Of a stretch of DNA of 64,000 nucleotides, positions 26,601 to 36,931 are shown in pieces (position 1 is the first letter of the stretch; each line of letters begins with the position of its first letter). Made by a program: the position numbers and the translations under genes. Origin of the DNA: Lingula anatina (lineage: Eukaryota > Animalia > Brachiopoda). A model generated the notes under the pieces. It did not search any database and was not told the DNA's origin. It saw only the letters and a program-made list of their open reading frames with translations. The DNA is taken from NCBI GenBank assembly GCA_051362555.1, contig CM120649.1, positions 19,792,567 through 19,856,566 on the forward strand. Reading direction: 5' to 3'.

Positions 26601-27695
26601 TTATGTTAAAACAATAGAATAATCTCAGTATACAATGGGAGTAATAGTCCTAAATAGTATGCAGAATGCACAGAGTTATCCACTCTACTTAAAACCATCT
26701 TCTTGGACTAGTTCAGCAGCTCTACTATGTGTACCTCCAGATTATCAAGGCCCTCTGCCAGTAGTGACTTCTTCCTCTGTACTGTGGAAATGTAGGCAAG
26801 CTTGGCCAGGGAACCACCTCAATGGAATGAAATGAAAACACATGGGAAAAATGATATAAAATTCTCCAGTGGAGTGAAGGCAAGAATGAATACCATTTCC
26901 ACCTTTTACCTTTATCCTTCAAATTCTAGCACAGCAGAATCAGCTGTCACCCTGATAAGTTAATGAATCTAAAAACTACATTAAATAGGGAAGACTGGGG
27001 ATAGTTGGACCCCGGGGTAAGTTACCCCCCCCCCCTCCCCCATCAATTTATAACAAAGTAACTATATGCCTTACGGGGTAAAAGAATTTATCACATCATT
27101 TTGTAAAGTGACCGTATCCAATAGTGCTAAGAAAGCATTGGCAGTGAGTCCAAATGAAATAATTTAGCATCTAAAAGTAACTTTATTAAAGAGACTTGAT
27201 GGGGGGTCAACTTACCCCGGGGTCCAACTAGCCCCGATCTTCCCTAACTCAAGAATACCACAATACTGCATGGGTACCCAGTCTACATTATAGATAACAA
27301 ACAAGCAAATAAATAAATAAATAAAATGAAATAAAAAATATCTATAATAATAAAAATTAAAAACAAAAATTATTCGGAAAATTGGAGATTTTTAAAAAAA
27401 TTTCAAAGAAAACTTAATATTTTCTTTTGAATTATGGTAAACAAACGTGGTACTTTTAAGTATCTATATGTTTTGGCATTCAGTAATCGATCTAGGTGAC
27501 AGCCGAGTACGAGCATGACTTCTTCAAGTTCCTGTAAAACTCCAGTACATGCACTTATTAAACAACAGAGCAATCTGACAGTCGACAGCTTCAAAACTGA
27601 CCTATATCAATTGCAAATCTTTTTGCATTTTTCATATTTCTGAATGCCTCTGCATGTGAGAGCTCAATGCTCTTGGCATATTGCGATTCAGCCAT
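17679..27695 (-). CDS. PANK4: Pantothenate kinase 4 (type II PanK domain fused to DUF89/ARMT1-like 4'-phosphopantetheine phosphatase), 16 coding exons
   Basis: Exons approx 27695-27602, 26817-26735, 26286-26069, 25269-25080, 23400-23308, 23081-22919, 22651-22464, 21975-21894, 21510-21415, 21030-20875, 20439-20326, 20047-19960, 19646-19440, 18989-18835, 18649-18480, 17943-17679; peptides [120 protein letters not shown]. Confidence 0.96.
18122..18512 (-). repeat. 39-bp tandem array copying the PANK4 exon 15 donor junction (10 donors including the real one)
   Basis: Minus-strand unit GTAACA+GTCTGGACTGGCTTCTCCTTGTCTTGATCTCAG matches the last 33 nt of the exon plus the donor. Confidence 0.95.
21001..21086 (-). 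repeat. 45-bp duplication of the PANK4 exon 10 acceptor junction
   Basis: ATATTTTCCAG/TTTGACATGCTAGAGTTACACAGGTTCTCC occurs twice; exon starts at 21030 or 21075. Confidence 0.93.
21990..22200. repeat. 30-bp minisatellite (7 copies) abutting the PANK4 exon 8 acceptor
   Basis: Unit GTAATTGTGCTAGGTGTGACAGTGAAGTGG, ending ~15 nt from the AG at 21977-21976. Confidence 0.95.
23062..23178 (-). repeat. Duplication of the PANK4 exon 6 acceptor junction (80-nt spacing)
   Basis: TTATTTCCTAYACTCAG/GGCTTTGATGAGCTGTTACA at 23081 and 23161. Confidence 0.92.
23648..24968. mobile_element. Non-autonomous DNA transposon (hAT-like), 1.3 kb, in PANK4 intron 4
   Basis: TIRs CAGTGTTTCCCCTG / CAGGGGAAACACTG, TATATATA on both sides, subterminal GCGAGG repeats, no transposase ORF. 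Confidence 0.82.
25248..25863 (-). repeat. 41-bp tandem array (about 15 copies) copying the PANK4 exon 4 acceptor junction
   Basis: Minus-strand unit TGTAATGTGTATACTCCAG/GGTAGATAAAGAAGATGAGATG = 19 nt intron + first 22 nt of the exon. Confidence 0.96.
26988..27244. mobile_element. 257-bp MITE with ~43-bp TIRs and TA target duplication (Tc1/mariner-type) in PANK4 intron 1
   Basis: TA-GGGAAGACTGGGGATAGTTGGACCCCGGGGTAAGTT ... AACTTACCCCGGGGTCCAACTAGCCCCGATCTTCCC-TA. Confidence 0.85.
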
Positions 27696-27699
27696 GTCA

Positions 27700-28245
27700 T
27701 GACATTAAATGGGTAAATTATTCGCTGCTGCAGTTGCTGCACCTCCCGACCTGCATCTGACCTAGTTTCACGCGAACCGGAAGTTGATACCAGCAACGAG
27801 CTCGTATGAAACAAGAATTTTATCGGAATGATTATTGAAAACTGAATGCGAAATGTATAATTCATTTAATATTATTACTAGGATTGTGTATCATTTAGAT
27901 ATTTTTATAGATTTTTAAAACAAAATTTTATGAGAAATTGTTTCAAAATATCCCTATATAAGTAAGATTTACCTCGCTTTTTGCCAAGTCCAAGCAAGAA
28001 AGTTGTAGATGAGGTCATGATGAAGCCTCTTTGTGTTTGCTCAACGGTTTCCTCTCCATACCTCTTCACTGTTACCTCCTTAGTGGATCAGGACAAAACT
28101 GAAGCAAAATTATGGATATCTGATTATTATAGGTCCTTAATATGAAGGTTAAGCGCTGGAATCACACGTTAGGCTGAAGTGAGCGTCGACCTGCCCAAAG
28201 CGAAATCACCGAATTTTTGCGTGGAATGTAGAGCTATCGTGTAAA
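27700..28245. promoter_or_regulatory. Bidirectional promoter region between PANK4 and the membrane protein gene
   Basis: Divergent start codons 550 bp apart; CpG-containing patches at both ends; ETS/GABP-type CCGGAAGT at 27777-27784. Confidence 0.6.
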
Positions 28246-31200
28246 ATGACTGCTTGCTGTTACACGACCGTCGCCTGCTTAATTTCCCTGAGCCTGCTGG
28301 CTAGTATAACAGGTAGTTTTATTTTTAATTTTTCTGTTAAATTACGGACCTTGCAGTGATTTATATTTGGTCAATTAATTGAAGATCTAGAGGTCATCTG
28401 AAAGTATTTATAACCAAACACTAAATAATTATGTTAAATAACATTTTATTAAGGGCTTTAAATTATGTGAACTGTGTCAGTCTTAGCTGTTACTTTTGAT
28501 TTTTAATAATATAATATAATCTTTATTGAGCACTAAAATGCATACATATTACATTTTACAGGCTCTCTACACTAGTCATAACAACTTAGCAACAATTATA
28601 CAAAGCTATACAATACTTAGAGCGGATTCTCAACGAATTGAGCCAGGCTCCACAAAGCCGGTGACCCAAAAATGGCGGACGTACATGAAAGAAAACCGCC
28701 CAATCCTTTAATAGTCTCTCCGCCTCCCCCCACGTCGTCCCTGCGGGATACAGTAATTAAATCTCGGCTCCGTTCGCCATGCGGAAGCTACCTGAGAAAT
28801 ATTAACTGCGCATGCTCATCAGTTAAACTCGTGGTGAAGAAAGCATGGCGGCAGAAGGTGTTCGAAGGAAAAAAGCTCTTCTGTTTTATTATCTGTCAAA
28901 ACAGAGACGAAAAAGGAATGAATTGGCCCGTAGAGCAGCAACGAATCGACTATCTACGGAGATAATATCACCAGAGATATTCACAGAACTACACAGCCCC
29001 AGTAGACGTAGTTGGAGGTTGGAGCCGAGATTTAATTACTGTACCCCGCAGGGACGACGCGCGGGGAGGCGGAGAGACTATTAAAAGATTAGGCGGCTCC
29101 TCCTTCATGTACGTCCGCCACCTTTAGGTCACCGGCCCTGCAAAGCCCGGCTCAATTCGTTGAGAATCCGCTCTTATTGAATGATTACTGGGAAGCAGCA
29201 CAGAATAAAACGACTATTGCTATTGGTGGGTGTGTCGTTTTTTCAAACTTTCAGTTATATATAGATATAATGTTCTCAAACACAATTCACTTTTTGGACT
29301 GAGCAGCCACTGAATTTTTTCATGATCTGTTTTCTGCTCAGGAGGTATCATTAATCTAATTCTTCTGACACTATGTTCTTCACATTTCAGTAAAAAGTGG
29401 ATCTCCGTTTCAATTTCATTACAGTGGGGGCACTTGCGATTTTCAGTAGGGGTTTTAGGGGATGTATAGCGGCCACGTTCAATTTCTAATTCGTGGTCAC
29501 TAATCCGCATTTTTGCAATAGTCTTCATTTCTGATGGGGTGACTTTCATTGACAGATATTTTTCAGGGGTGTAAGTTTTTTTAAGTAATCTGTATGTCCT
29601 GAGTTTACTGTAGTTATCACTTTCCAGGTCTTTCCAAAATAGTTCCTCAATTTTATTGTTGATAGCATCTCTTAGGTTTTCAAAGTTATCTAGTGTTTGT
29701 GTATCAGTTTTATGACCCAGACCCCAACACTGTATAAATGTTCTTATTGATTCAGACCAACAGGGTCCTTTTTCTTTTTGCTCCTGTTCATAAATGTTTT
29801 TGACCAATCTGCTGGAAGGTAGCTCTTTGAGTCTGGCGCTGTATCTCTGTGTCTGTTTTGCAATATCAGAATAGAGTGGAAATCTTCCAAATTCAGCTCT
29901 ACAGGCATTGTTCATAGCATTTTTTTGTACACCTAGTGCCCATTTGCACATTTTTAGATGTAGTTGTTCAAAAGGAAATTTATTTAGTTTTGTAAGTGAC
30001 ATTTGTTTTTCCTTGAATATTTCTTCAGACCAAACTTCACATCCATATAGTAAGATGGGCTTGATGGTTTTGTCAAAAAGTTTTAAGTTGAGTGTGGGAG
30101 ATGTTATCTTGTTTGAGGACAGGGCTGTTTTAAGAGCAAAAGTTGCTTTTAGAGCCTTTTTCTTTAAATTTTCAATTGCTTTTTTCATTGAACCTGTATT
30201 TGTAAAGGTTAAACCCAGATAATTGTACTCTTTTACTGATTCAATGGCTATATTATTTATTGTAAATGATGTTGCAGAGTCTAATTTTCCTTTTTTATTA
30301 AATATCATGATCTTGTACTTTTTTTCATTTATGTTTAGTTTCCACTTTTTACAGTAAGCTTGCAGTGTCGTTAGTTTATTTTGTAGACCATCTCTGGATG
30401 CCGATATTAGGACAAGGTCGTCAGCATACAAGATGTGATTCAGTCCATTAATTGCACCGGGCTGGTTGCAAGAAAGGAAAGCCTCCTTGAGGTCATCCAT
30501 GTATAAATTAAAGAGAGTGGGACTAAGGTTATCTCCTTGGCGGATTCCTAATCTTGATAGAAATGGGGTAGTGTAACCTAAACCTACCGAGATGCCTAAT
30601 CTGGTGTTACTATACATGCTTTTTATGACACGGTAGAATTTCCCCCTAATCCCGAGTTTAAGTAATTTCAGTAATAGTCCCTTGTGCCATACTGAATCAA
30701 AGGCTTTTCTCATGTCAATGAAACAGGCATACAGCTTTTTGTTTTGATTGAGATACCTGTTGACTAGTGATTTCAAAGTAAAGATATGATCTGTTGTTCT
30801 ATAACCTGGCCTGAAGCCTGCTTGTTCTTCACTTAATTTGTTTTCATTGTTAATATGTTGGATGAGCCTGTGTGCTAAAACTGAATTAAATAATTTCCCT
30901 AAGCAACTAGTTATGCAGAGGCCTCTATAGTTTTCAGGGTTCATATGTTCTCCTGATTTAAAAAGCGGGATTATAATTCCTAGGTTCCAAGATTCAGGGA
31001 TTTCAGATGTATTTAGCACCATGTTAAATAGTTTTGTGAGCACAACTGCAAAATACTGTGCTCCTGCTTTCAACATTTCATTTCTCACCTTGTCTTCCCC
31101 AGGTGATTTCCCATTTTTTAGATATTTAATGGCATTTTTAACCTCTTTCACTGTAATAGGTTTGTCAAGTACTGCTTCACCAGGTAGGCTTTCATAAGAT

Positions 31201-34200
31201 TTAATTTCATTATCTAAGGCATGGTCACCTTCAGGAGGGATCCCACACAAATGGTAGAAGTGGCTAAACCATGTATCTGGGCTAATTAAGTTTTGCTGTT
31301 CTTTATCATGGTTTAGTTTTTTAAGGGTTTGCCAAAATGCTTTGGGGTTATTTTCTTCAAGGTTTAACAGGTCATTTAAGAGTGCATTTTTGTGGTTATG
31401 TTTCTTTTGTTTAATTACTTGTTTATACTTTTTTGCCACTTCATGGTATGTGCAAGAAATGAAGTTATTTTTTGGGTTATTTTGAAGAAGTTTGCCTAGG
31501 TACTTTACATTTCGTCGTATTTCAGCACAAGTGCCGTCAAACCACGGTTGTTTTCTCGTTCTATTAGGTCTTTTTTTAGGCTTATTTTCAGTTCGCTTCT
31601 TAATACGCAAGGATGATTTAGCAGCCTTTTCCAAGATGTTTGTAAGTGAATTGCATGCATTGTGCACACCTTCTTTTGTAGCAGGGAAATTGGTAAGTTG
31701 CAGGGAGCAAATGTCATTCATCATTGTCTCATTTTCTAGGGCCTCTATGAACTTTTCACGTGAGTTTGACTCCCAAATGTAGCGGTCACTGAATCCCTTT
31801 ACTTGCTGTGTTTGTGCAGACTGTTTGAAACCTGTTATTTGTAATGTCAGATCTAACCTGCAGTGATCTGATAAGTAATCTATTGGATGTACTGTAAAAT
31901 ATTTGATTTTGCTCAAAAGCCCATCACTAACAATAGCGTAATCTACTGTGCTGCAACCCTTTGTGTTGTAACAGGTGAAATATCCTAAAGAATTGCCTCG
32001 TATTCTACCATTTAGAATACACAAGTTACTACTAATGCACAGTTCTAGTAGGGTTCTTCCCTGGGGATTCACCACACTGTCTAGGTTATTTCTAGGCTTT
32101 AAGTTCCTGTCACTGATGCGGCTGTCAGGCATAGGACCAATCATATTATCATCTTTCACAAAGTCTTGCAACATCCCTGTTCTGGCATTAAAGTCACCTA
32201 ACAAGCAAACTGAGCCCAGGGCTTTAAACTGTGCAATTTCTTCCTCTAGTATATCAAAAGTTGCTTCATCAGATGGAGAATTGCTTGGTTTTATGTATAC
32301 TGCACAGAGAAATATATCATTTTGCAGTCCAAAATGTTTACCAGACAGTCTAATCCACAACAAGTTCTCACTCTTACTATTAAACATCTTGATTGCATCT
32401 CGGAACTCTTTCTTATAGTATATCACAATTCCACCTGAAGGTCTACCTCTAACTTTCTTTTTTCTTCTAACTTTAAGGAAGTGGGCATGTGAGCCAGTAG
32501 GCAAGACAACTTTTGACCTTTCAGTTGAAAAAGTTTCCACACATACAATTTGATTTTTTGCTGCATTTTCTAAGGCAGGTGCCACTCTGCTTTCTATTTT
32601 GAAGGATGTACCATATCAGTGTATGAAATGGCCGCCTGCCCGCCAGCCCGAGGCTGGTAACTTTCAGGCCGGGCGGGTAAGATTTGCAGATTACCCGCCC
32701 GACGGGCTGGCTGTTTTTACAGCCTATTTTCACCTTTTATTTTGTCTATGTTCACAACAATTTCAGCAAAATATCAAACAAACTCACTGTTTTCACCCAC
32801 TTTCATAGAAGCAAAGAACTATCCATAGCTTGCAATCAAACGCTCGTATCGAAATGTAACCAACAGTCTCCCTCTCAGTGGCCTCGTTTTCGAAGTTCTG
32901 TCTGTGTGATATGAAGTTGAAAGACAATTTGAAACGAGGCACAATGTTCTTAACCAGCTTCAGTGCACAGCAGATAACGTTACGTCGTTGTTTTGTGTAG
33001 AGGAGATACCGCGAGTAGCAATTTGTAGGTTGAGAGTAATAAAAATGTGAAAGTATAAAAAGTTATGATATTGATTAAATCGACTTATAGGTACATGAAG
33101 TGCTTATAATCAACAGTAATATAGGCAATGGAGGCAAATAAAAGGAGAATTTTACAAAAAATTTGAATCCCAAAATTATGAGTGAATGTACGAGTTTAAG
33201 CCATGCGTCAGATGTAGTTCTTTTCCCACGTGCTTTCATCTTGGGCTGTCAAAAATGAAAAAATTCTATCAAGTCCGATAGAGAATTTGAAAAACAATTG
33301 AGGAAAGAAATAAAACTAACAAAGATTACGACAGAACCAAACGAAAGAGAACAAATTGGGACCAATGGAAAGGTGACTTCGATTTGCAATTAGTCGAGCG
33401 GCAACATTTTTTTTCGTAAAACCGTAACTCGAAAGTATCACGCAGTGCGACCGAGCGCAAGCATCTCGATCCAATAACTCGTCCATACTCGCCCCATATA
33501 AAAATGATATTGTAGCCTCTATGTGATATATATAGCTATTCTCAATAAGCAATGCTTTCGAGATACGGGGCCCTGCAGGACTGTCTATGGGCCATTAGCG
33601 TGCAGGACCGTCCCCGACCGCTTTTTAAAGCTTAAAAGCGATATTCAAAGGGACCCTACGTGCTAAATTTTTTCTTCTTTATTGTTAGCACAGAGATCGA
33701 TTTATTTGACAACAATATATATTTTTTTGGTCATACTTGTTGCTATACAAAAAAGCAAAAATTATGATCAAATTATATCACGAAATCGGAATAAAAGTTA
33801 TGAATAAATTATTGACGAAGAAATGAGACAGCCTGCAAGGTGAACATAAACTGAATTGACTACCCCCGCCCTCCCCCGACTGCTAAAGGGCCCTGAAAAT
33901 TTTTGGTATTTTAGATGGTGAATGGTGCCATTTGGTATGGTTTAGAACTATGATTCAACTAGTGAAAATCTTATTTCAAGAGGTGAGTTTTTTTTACAGA
34001 AATTAAAAGGGGGGCGTCAGGAGCCCCTTGACCCCCTCTAAATCCAACACTGACAAGGTATCATTCAGTAGAAATTCCAAAATATTTCTAAATTTCCATG
34101 CATAAGGCATGATATTGCCCTTTCATTTCCAAATTACTCTCCCAAGAATGCATTCTAGACCCCCTCAGCATACCTCTCTTAACTCTAGGGGTTATCATAA

Positions 34201-36931
34201 ATAGGGCAGGTAACTACATGGCCGGGCTGGTAACTTTTCAGAGTTACCTGCCCGGCGGTCTGGCTAGTAATTTCCTTGAATTTCATACACTGACCATATG
34301 TATAAAAAAGGGGGGGGGGGGGGGGGGGCAGGTACTCTGAAATTATACTGCAATGTACAGTTTTAAATTTCACATTTATAGTAGAGTCTAAAATATGGAA
34401 AAAAGTTCTAGCAAATTTTATCTTATTAGATTTATCATTTATCATATATTTAATAATTATTTTATTATTTATATTATTAATTTATATATATATTTCTTTT
34501 TTCATCTCTACTCTCAGCTGTTATCTTCGAACTATGTTATTATAAATAAAAAAGCATTCTATTATATATATCATCTTGTTCTTCAGCTGACCCAGACGCC
34601 TGCTTCTTTGTGGACCTCGTCTCCCGCTGCAGGACAACTGTGAAACAATATAATGTCACCATAACATCCACTATCAACAAGTGTCACCAGCCAATAGATG
34701 TCACTGTAGAGCTACAGGTAAGTTAATATATAATATATAGATGTCACTGTAGAGCTACAGGTAAGTTAATATATAATATATAGATGTCACCATAGAGCTA
34801 CAGGTAAGTTAATATATAATATATAGATGTCACCATGCAGCTACAGGTAAGTAAATATATAATGTATAAAGATTTCACTGTAGAGCTACAGGTAAGCTGA
34901 TATATAATATTTAGATGTCTCCATAGAGCTATAGATTAGTTATAGCCTATTAATGCCACTCTGGGGTTTACGGTTTTCCTTAATTTTAGAATATTTAGCC
35001 CCTCTTTGTTTGACAAGAAGATAACAATTATGAAAAAAATCTCCAAAAATATTTATGGCGTAAAAAAATTGCAATTTTTATCTTTCATTTAAGAATGACC
35101 AGCCACCTTTCACATGGAAGCACACGTTTGCCAATGATGGGGAGACACAGCGGATTGGTAACTACACAGAGGAGACGTACATGCAGTTTCAGATTGACAG
35201 ATATTTCTGGCAGGACAAACCAGAGCTTAGGATGGCTGTAAGGGAAAATGATTTTTTGGGGAAAAAACTAATTAATTTACTGATTTTGATGTTGAGAGAA
35301 ATGCGACCAGGGAAAAGACTGTCATCCTCTTTTTAGCAAAATGTCTGTTTAGATTCATTAAGGTCTGGTTTCAAACACAACTCCGATTGTAATAGGTGTC
35401 CTTAATTTTTGCTGGTAGATTATAAGATAGACTAGACCATGTTGAGCACTGTCAGTGGCTGTTAAAGCACTAACTCCCAGACTAAAGTGAGTGTTGTTTG
35501 TTATTCATAGGCCTGGATTATAATGTCTAAAGAAGGAGTGAACAGGTTTCTGAAGACCTCCACTATGGTTAGCACAGAAGACTGTCACGGTGAGCCTCTA
35601 TGTGTGTGTGAGTGAGAGAAAGAGAGAGAGAATAAGACCATGGCTATATTATTTAAATTTAATCATCTTTTATGGGGGCCATTCCTTCAGATTTCTGCAT
35701 ATCATCTCTTTTCTACATATTAATATTATCCTCTTTGCCGTGAGTAATTTTCATTGCATAAGAAGAAGTCTTATTTCAAACTATTTTGCCTATTGTGTAA
35801 AGTATACTATGTCTGTCACCAGGTGGCACCACCAACCCTGTAGCTGCGGCCCTCGCTGGGATATTTGTAACTGTCACCGTCATCAGCCTCGGTGTTGCTG
35901 TGGGCTTTGTTTGCTACAAAAGACGCAAACATTCCAAACGTCGCGAGCAGTTAATCTTAAACATGGAGGCCCCAGCAGTAGCTGAACCATTCGCAGACGC
36001 AGGTCAATCCTCTGCCAACAGAAGACATCATCAGGACAAAAAAGATGCTCCACAAGTGCCAGGTGGATCAAGTGATAAAATTAAAGAAAAAGTTTCAGTG
36101 GCACAGAAAACAACTGTAGATGGGGCTGTGAGCTCTACTGCACTTCAGCCAAGAGAAGCTGATGTCAAGTTTCAGAGCGAGTCTGTCCAAGACAGTATCA
36201 ATGCCAAACTGCCCTCTGGTGGCCAGGGGCCCCTTGATTTAGAAGGGGCTGTGGGTTATAGCTTAAACCCTTCACACTCAGGAAAGGTTCCTTTCACTCC
36301 TTTTGATACAGGGGGTGGTTCCCGAAAACAAAAACACAGGAGTAAACAATCTCACAGGGGAGATGGACTTTATGGAGGAGACATCTATTCGTGCCAATAT
36401 GGCAGTCAGTTAAGAAACTCAGGAGGTTTGGATAATAACCAATTTGATCACTCAGTCCATTCTGGAAGAGGGCGAAGAGGAAAAAGAAAAAAAGGAGGAC
36501 AAAGATTCTCAAATCCACCCAGACAAGGGGTGAGCGTTCATCAAGATGGCGGTGAAAAATTTGCAGAAGAACTTTCTGTGCGCCTCTCAAGTCTTCAGAA
36601 TGAAGAGTTCAAAAGCAGACAAACAAATGGCTTATACCCTGGCCCAGAGGAGCCTGGGTCTCTCGAGGACCACCCATCTTTGGGAGATGATCATATACTT
36701 ATTGCCTCTTTGCACAGGGACCCTGCAGGGCTAGCTGTCTCAGACAGCACACGGCAGGCTGCAGACATGACCAATGGGGCACGGACAGACAGGGCCGCCT
36801 CAGGCCACTCTTTCAGTTATCTGGAACCAGCTGAGGTGGCTCCTTCTAGTGTGACAGTCACGGATAACCCCAATGGGTATGGCGGTGCTAAACCAAAGAG
36901 AAAATTACCTCAAATGCAGCCAGTTGTCTGA
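28246..36931 (+). CDS. Unrecognised single-pass type I membrane protein (~510 aa): signal peptide, ~120-aa ectodomain with four Cys, TM helix, long low-complexity cytoplasmic tail
   Basis: Phase-compatible GT-AG exons 28246-28312 (MTACCYTTVACLISLSLLASIT), 34587-34717, 35094-35237, 35511-35589, 35823-36931 (PVAAALAGIFVTVTVISLGVAVGFVCY-KRRKH then the 343-aa ORF). Confidence 0.8.
28620..29173. mobile_element. 554-bp MITE with 152-bp TIRs and TTA target duplication (PIF/Harbinger-type) inside the LINE 3'UTR
   Basis: TTA-GAGCGGATTCTCAACG ... CGTTGAGAATCCGCTC-TTA; arms 28620-28771 and 29021-29173. Confidence 0.88.
29220..32585 (-). CDS. LINE ORF2: APE-like endonuclease (N-terminus missing), reverse transcriptase, C-terminal CCHC motif
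   Basis: 1121-aa uninterrupted ORF; EN motifs SGGIVIY, LLGDFNARTG, STVDYAIVS, SDHC; RT motifs EQAGFR, FIDMRKAFDSV, GIRQGDNLSPTLF, YADD, YNYLG; CPHC..HFLLKC. Confidence 0.95.
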   Translation of the reverse strand: MAPALENAAKNQIVCVETFSTERSKVVLPTGSHAHFLKVRRKKKVRGRPSGGIVIYYKKEFRDAIKMFNSKSENLLWIRLSGKHFGLQNDIFLCAVYIKPSNSPSDEATFDILEEEIAQFKALGSVCLLGDFNARTGMLQDFVKDDNMIGPMPDSRISDRNLKPRNNLDSVVNPQGRTLLELCISSNLCILNGRIRGNSLGYFTCYNTKGCSTVDYAIVSDGLLSKIKYFTVHPIDYLSDHCRLDLTLQITGFKQSAQTQQVKGFSDRYIWESNSREKFIEALENETMMNDICSLQLTNFPATKEGVHNACNSLTNILEKAAKSSLRIKKRTENKPKKRPNRTRKQPWFDGTCAEIRRNVKYLGKLLQNNPKNNFISCTYHEVAKKYKQVIKQKKHNHKNALLNDLLNLEENNPKAFWQTLKKLNHDKEQQNLISPDTWFSHFYHLCGIPPEGDHALDNEIKSYESLPGEAVLDKPITVKEVKNAIKYLKNGKSPGEDKVRNEMLKAGAQYFAVVLTKLFNMVLNTSEIPESWNLGIIIPLFKSGEHMNPENYRGLCITSCLGKLFNSVLAHRLIQHINNENKLSEEQAGFRPGYRTTDHIFTLKSLVNRYLNQNKKLYACFIDMRKAFDSVWHKGLLLKLLKLGIRGKFYRVIKSMYSNTRLGISVGLGYTTPFLSRLGIRQGDNLSPTLFNLYMDDLKEAFLSCNQPGAINGLNHILYADDLVLISASRDGLQNKLTTLQAYCKKWKLNINEKKYKIMIFNKKGKLDSATSFTINNIAIESVKEYNYLGLTFTNTGSMKKAIENLKKKALKATFALKTALSSNKITSPTLNLKLFDKTIKPILLYGCEVWSEEIFKEKQMSLTKLNKFPFEQLHLKMCKWALGVQKNAMNNACRAEFGRFPLYSDIAKQTQRYSARLKELPSSRLVKNIYEQEQKEKGPCWSESIRTFIQCWGLGHKTDTQTLDNFENLRDAINNKIEELFWKDLESDNYSKLRTYRLLKKTYTPEKYLSMKVTPSEMKTIAKMRISDHELEIERGRYTSPKTPTENRKCPHCNEIETEIHFLLKCEEHSVRRIRLMIPPEQKTDHEKIQWLLSPKSELCLRTLYLYITESLKKRHTHQ
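32617..34292. mobile_element. Non-autonomous DNA transposon, 1.68 kb, 13-bp TIRs, 7-bp target duplication (P-like or hAT-like)
   Basis: ACCATAT-CAGTGTATGAAAT ... ATTTCATACACTG-ACCATAT; GC-rich subterminal GGGC(G/T)GGTAA / TTACC.GCCCG repeats at both ends; no transposase ORF. Confidence 0.85.
34694..34940 (+). repeat. 43-bp tandem array copying the exon 2 donor junction of the membrane protein gene
   Basis: ATAGATGTCACTGTAGAGCTACAG/GTAAGTTAATATATAATAT: five copies with GT donors plus one decayed copy. Confidence 0.94.

Larger units (their letters stand above)
28505..32616 (-). mobile_element. 5'-truncated young non-LTR retrotransposon (LINE; RTE-X-like, clade tentative), antisense in intron 1 of the membrane protein gene
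   Basis: Intact ORF2, 3'UTR, then AATAAA and a short (ATTAT)n tail at ~28527-28505 on the minus strand; no clear TSD. Confidence 0.9.

Noticed and set aside
28672-29084. ORFs within the long-TIR element as a transposase
   Set aside because: Under 100 aa, no DDE or Myb-like motifs; element is non-autonomous
29908-32418. Plus-strand ORFs of 96-147 aa inside the LINE
   Set aside because: Antisense shadows of ORF2 with no independent motifs
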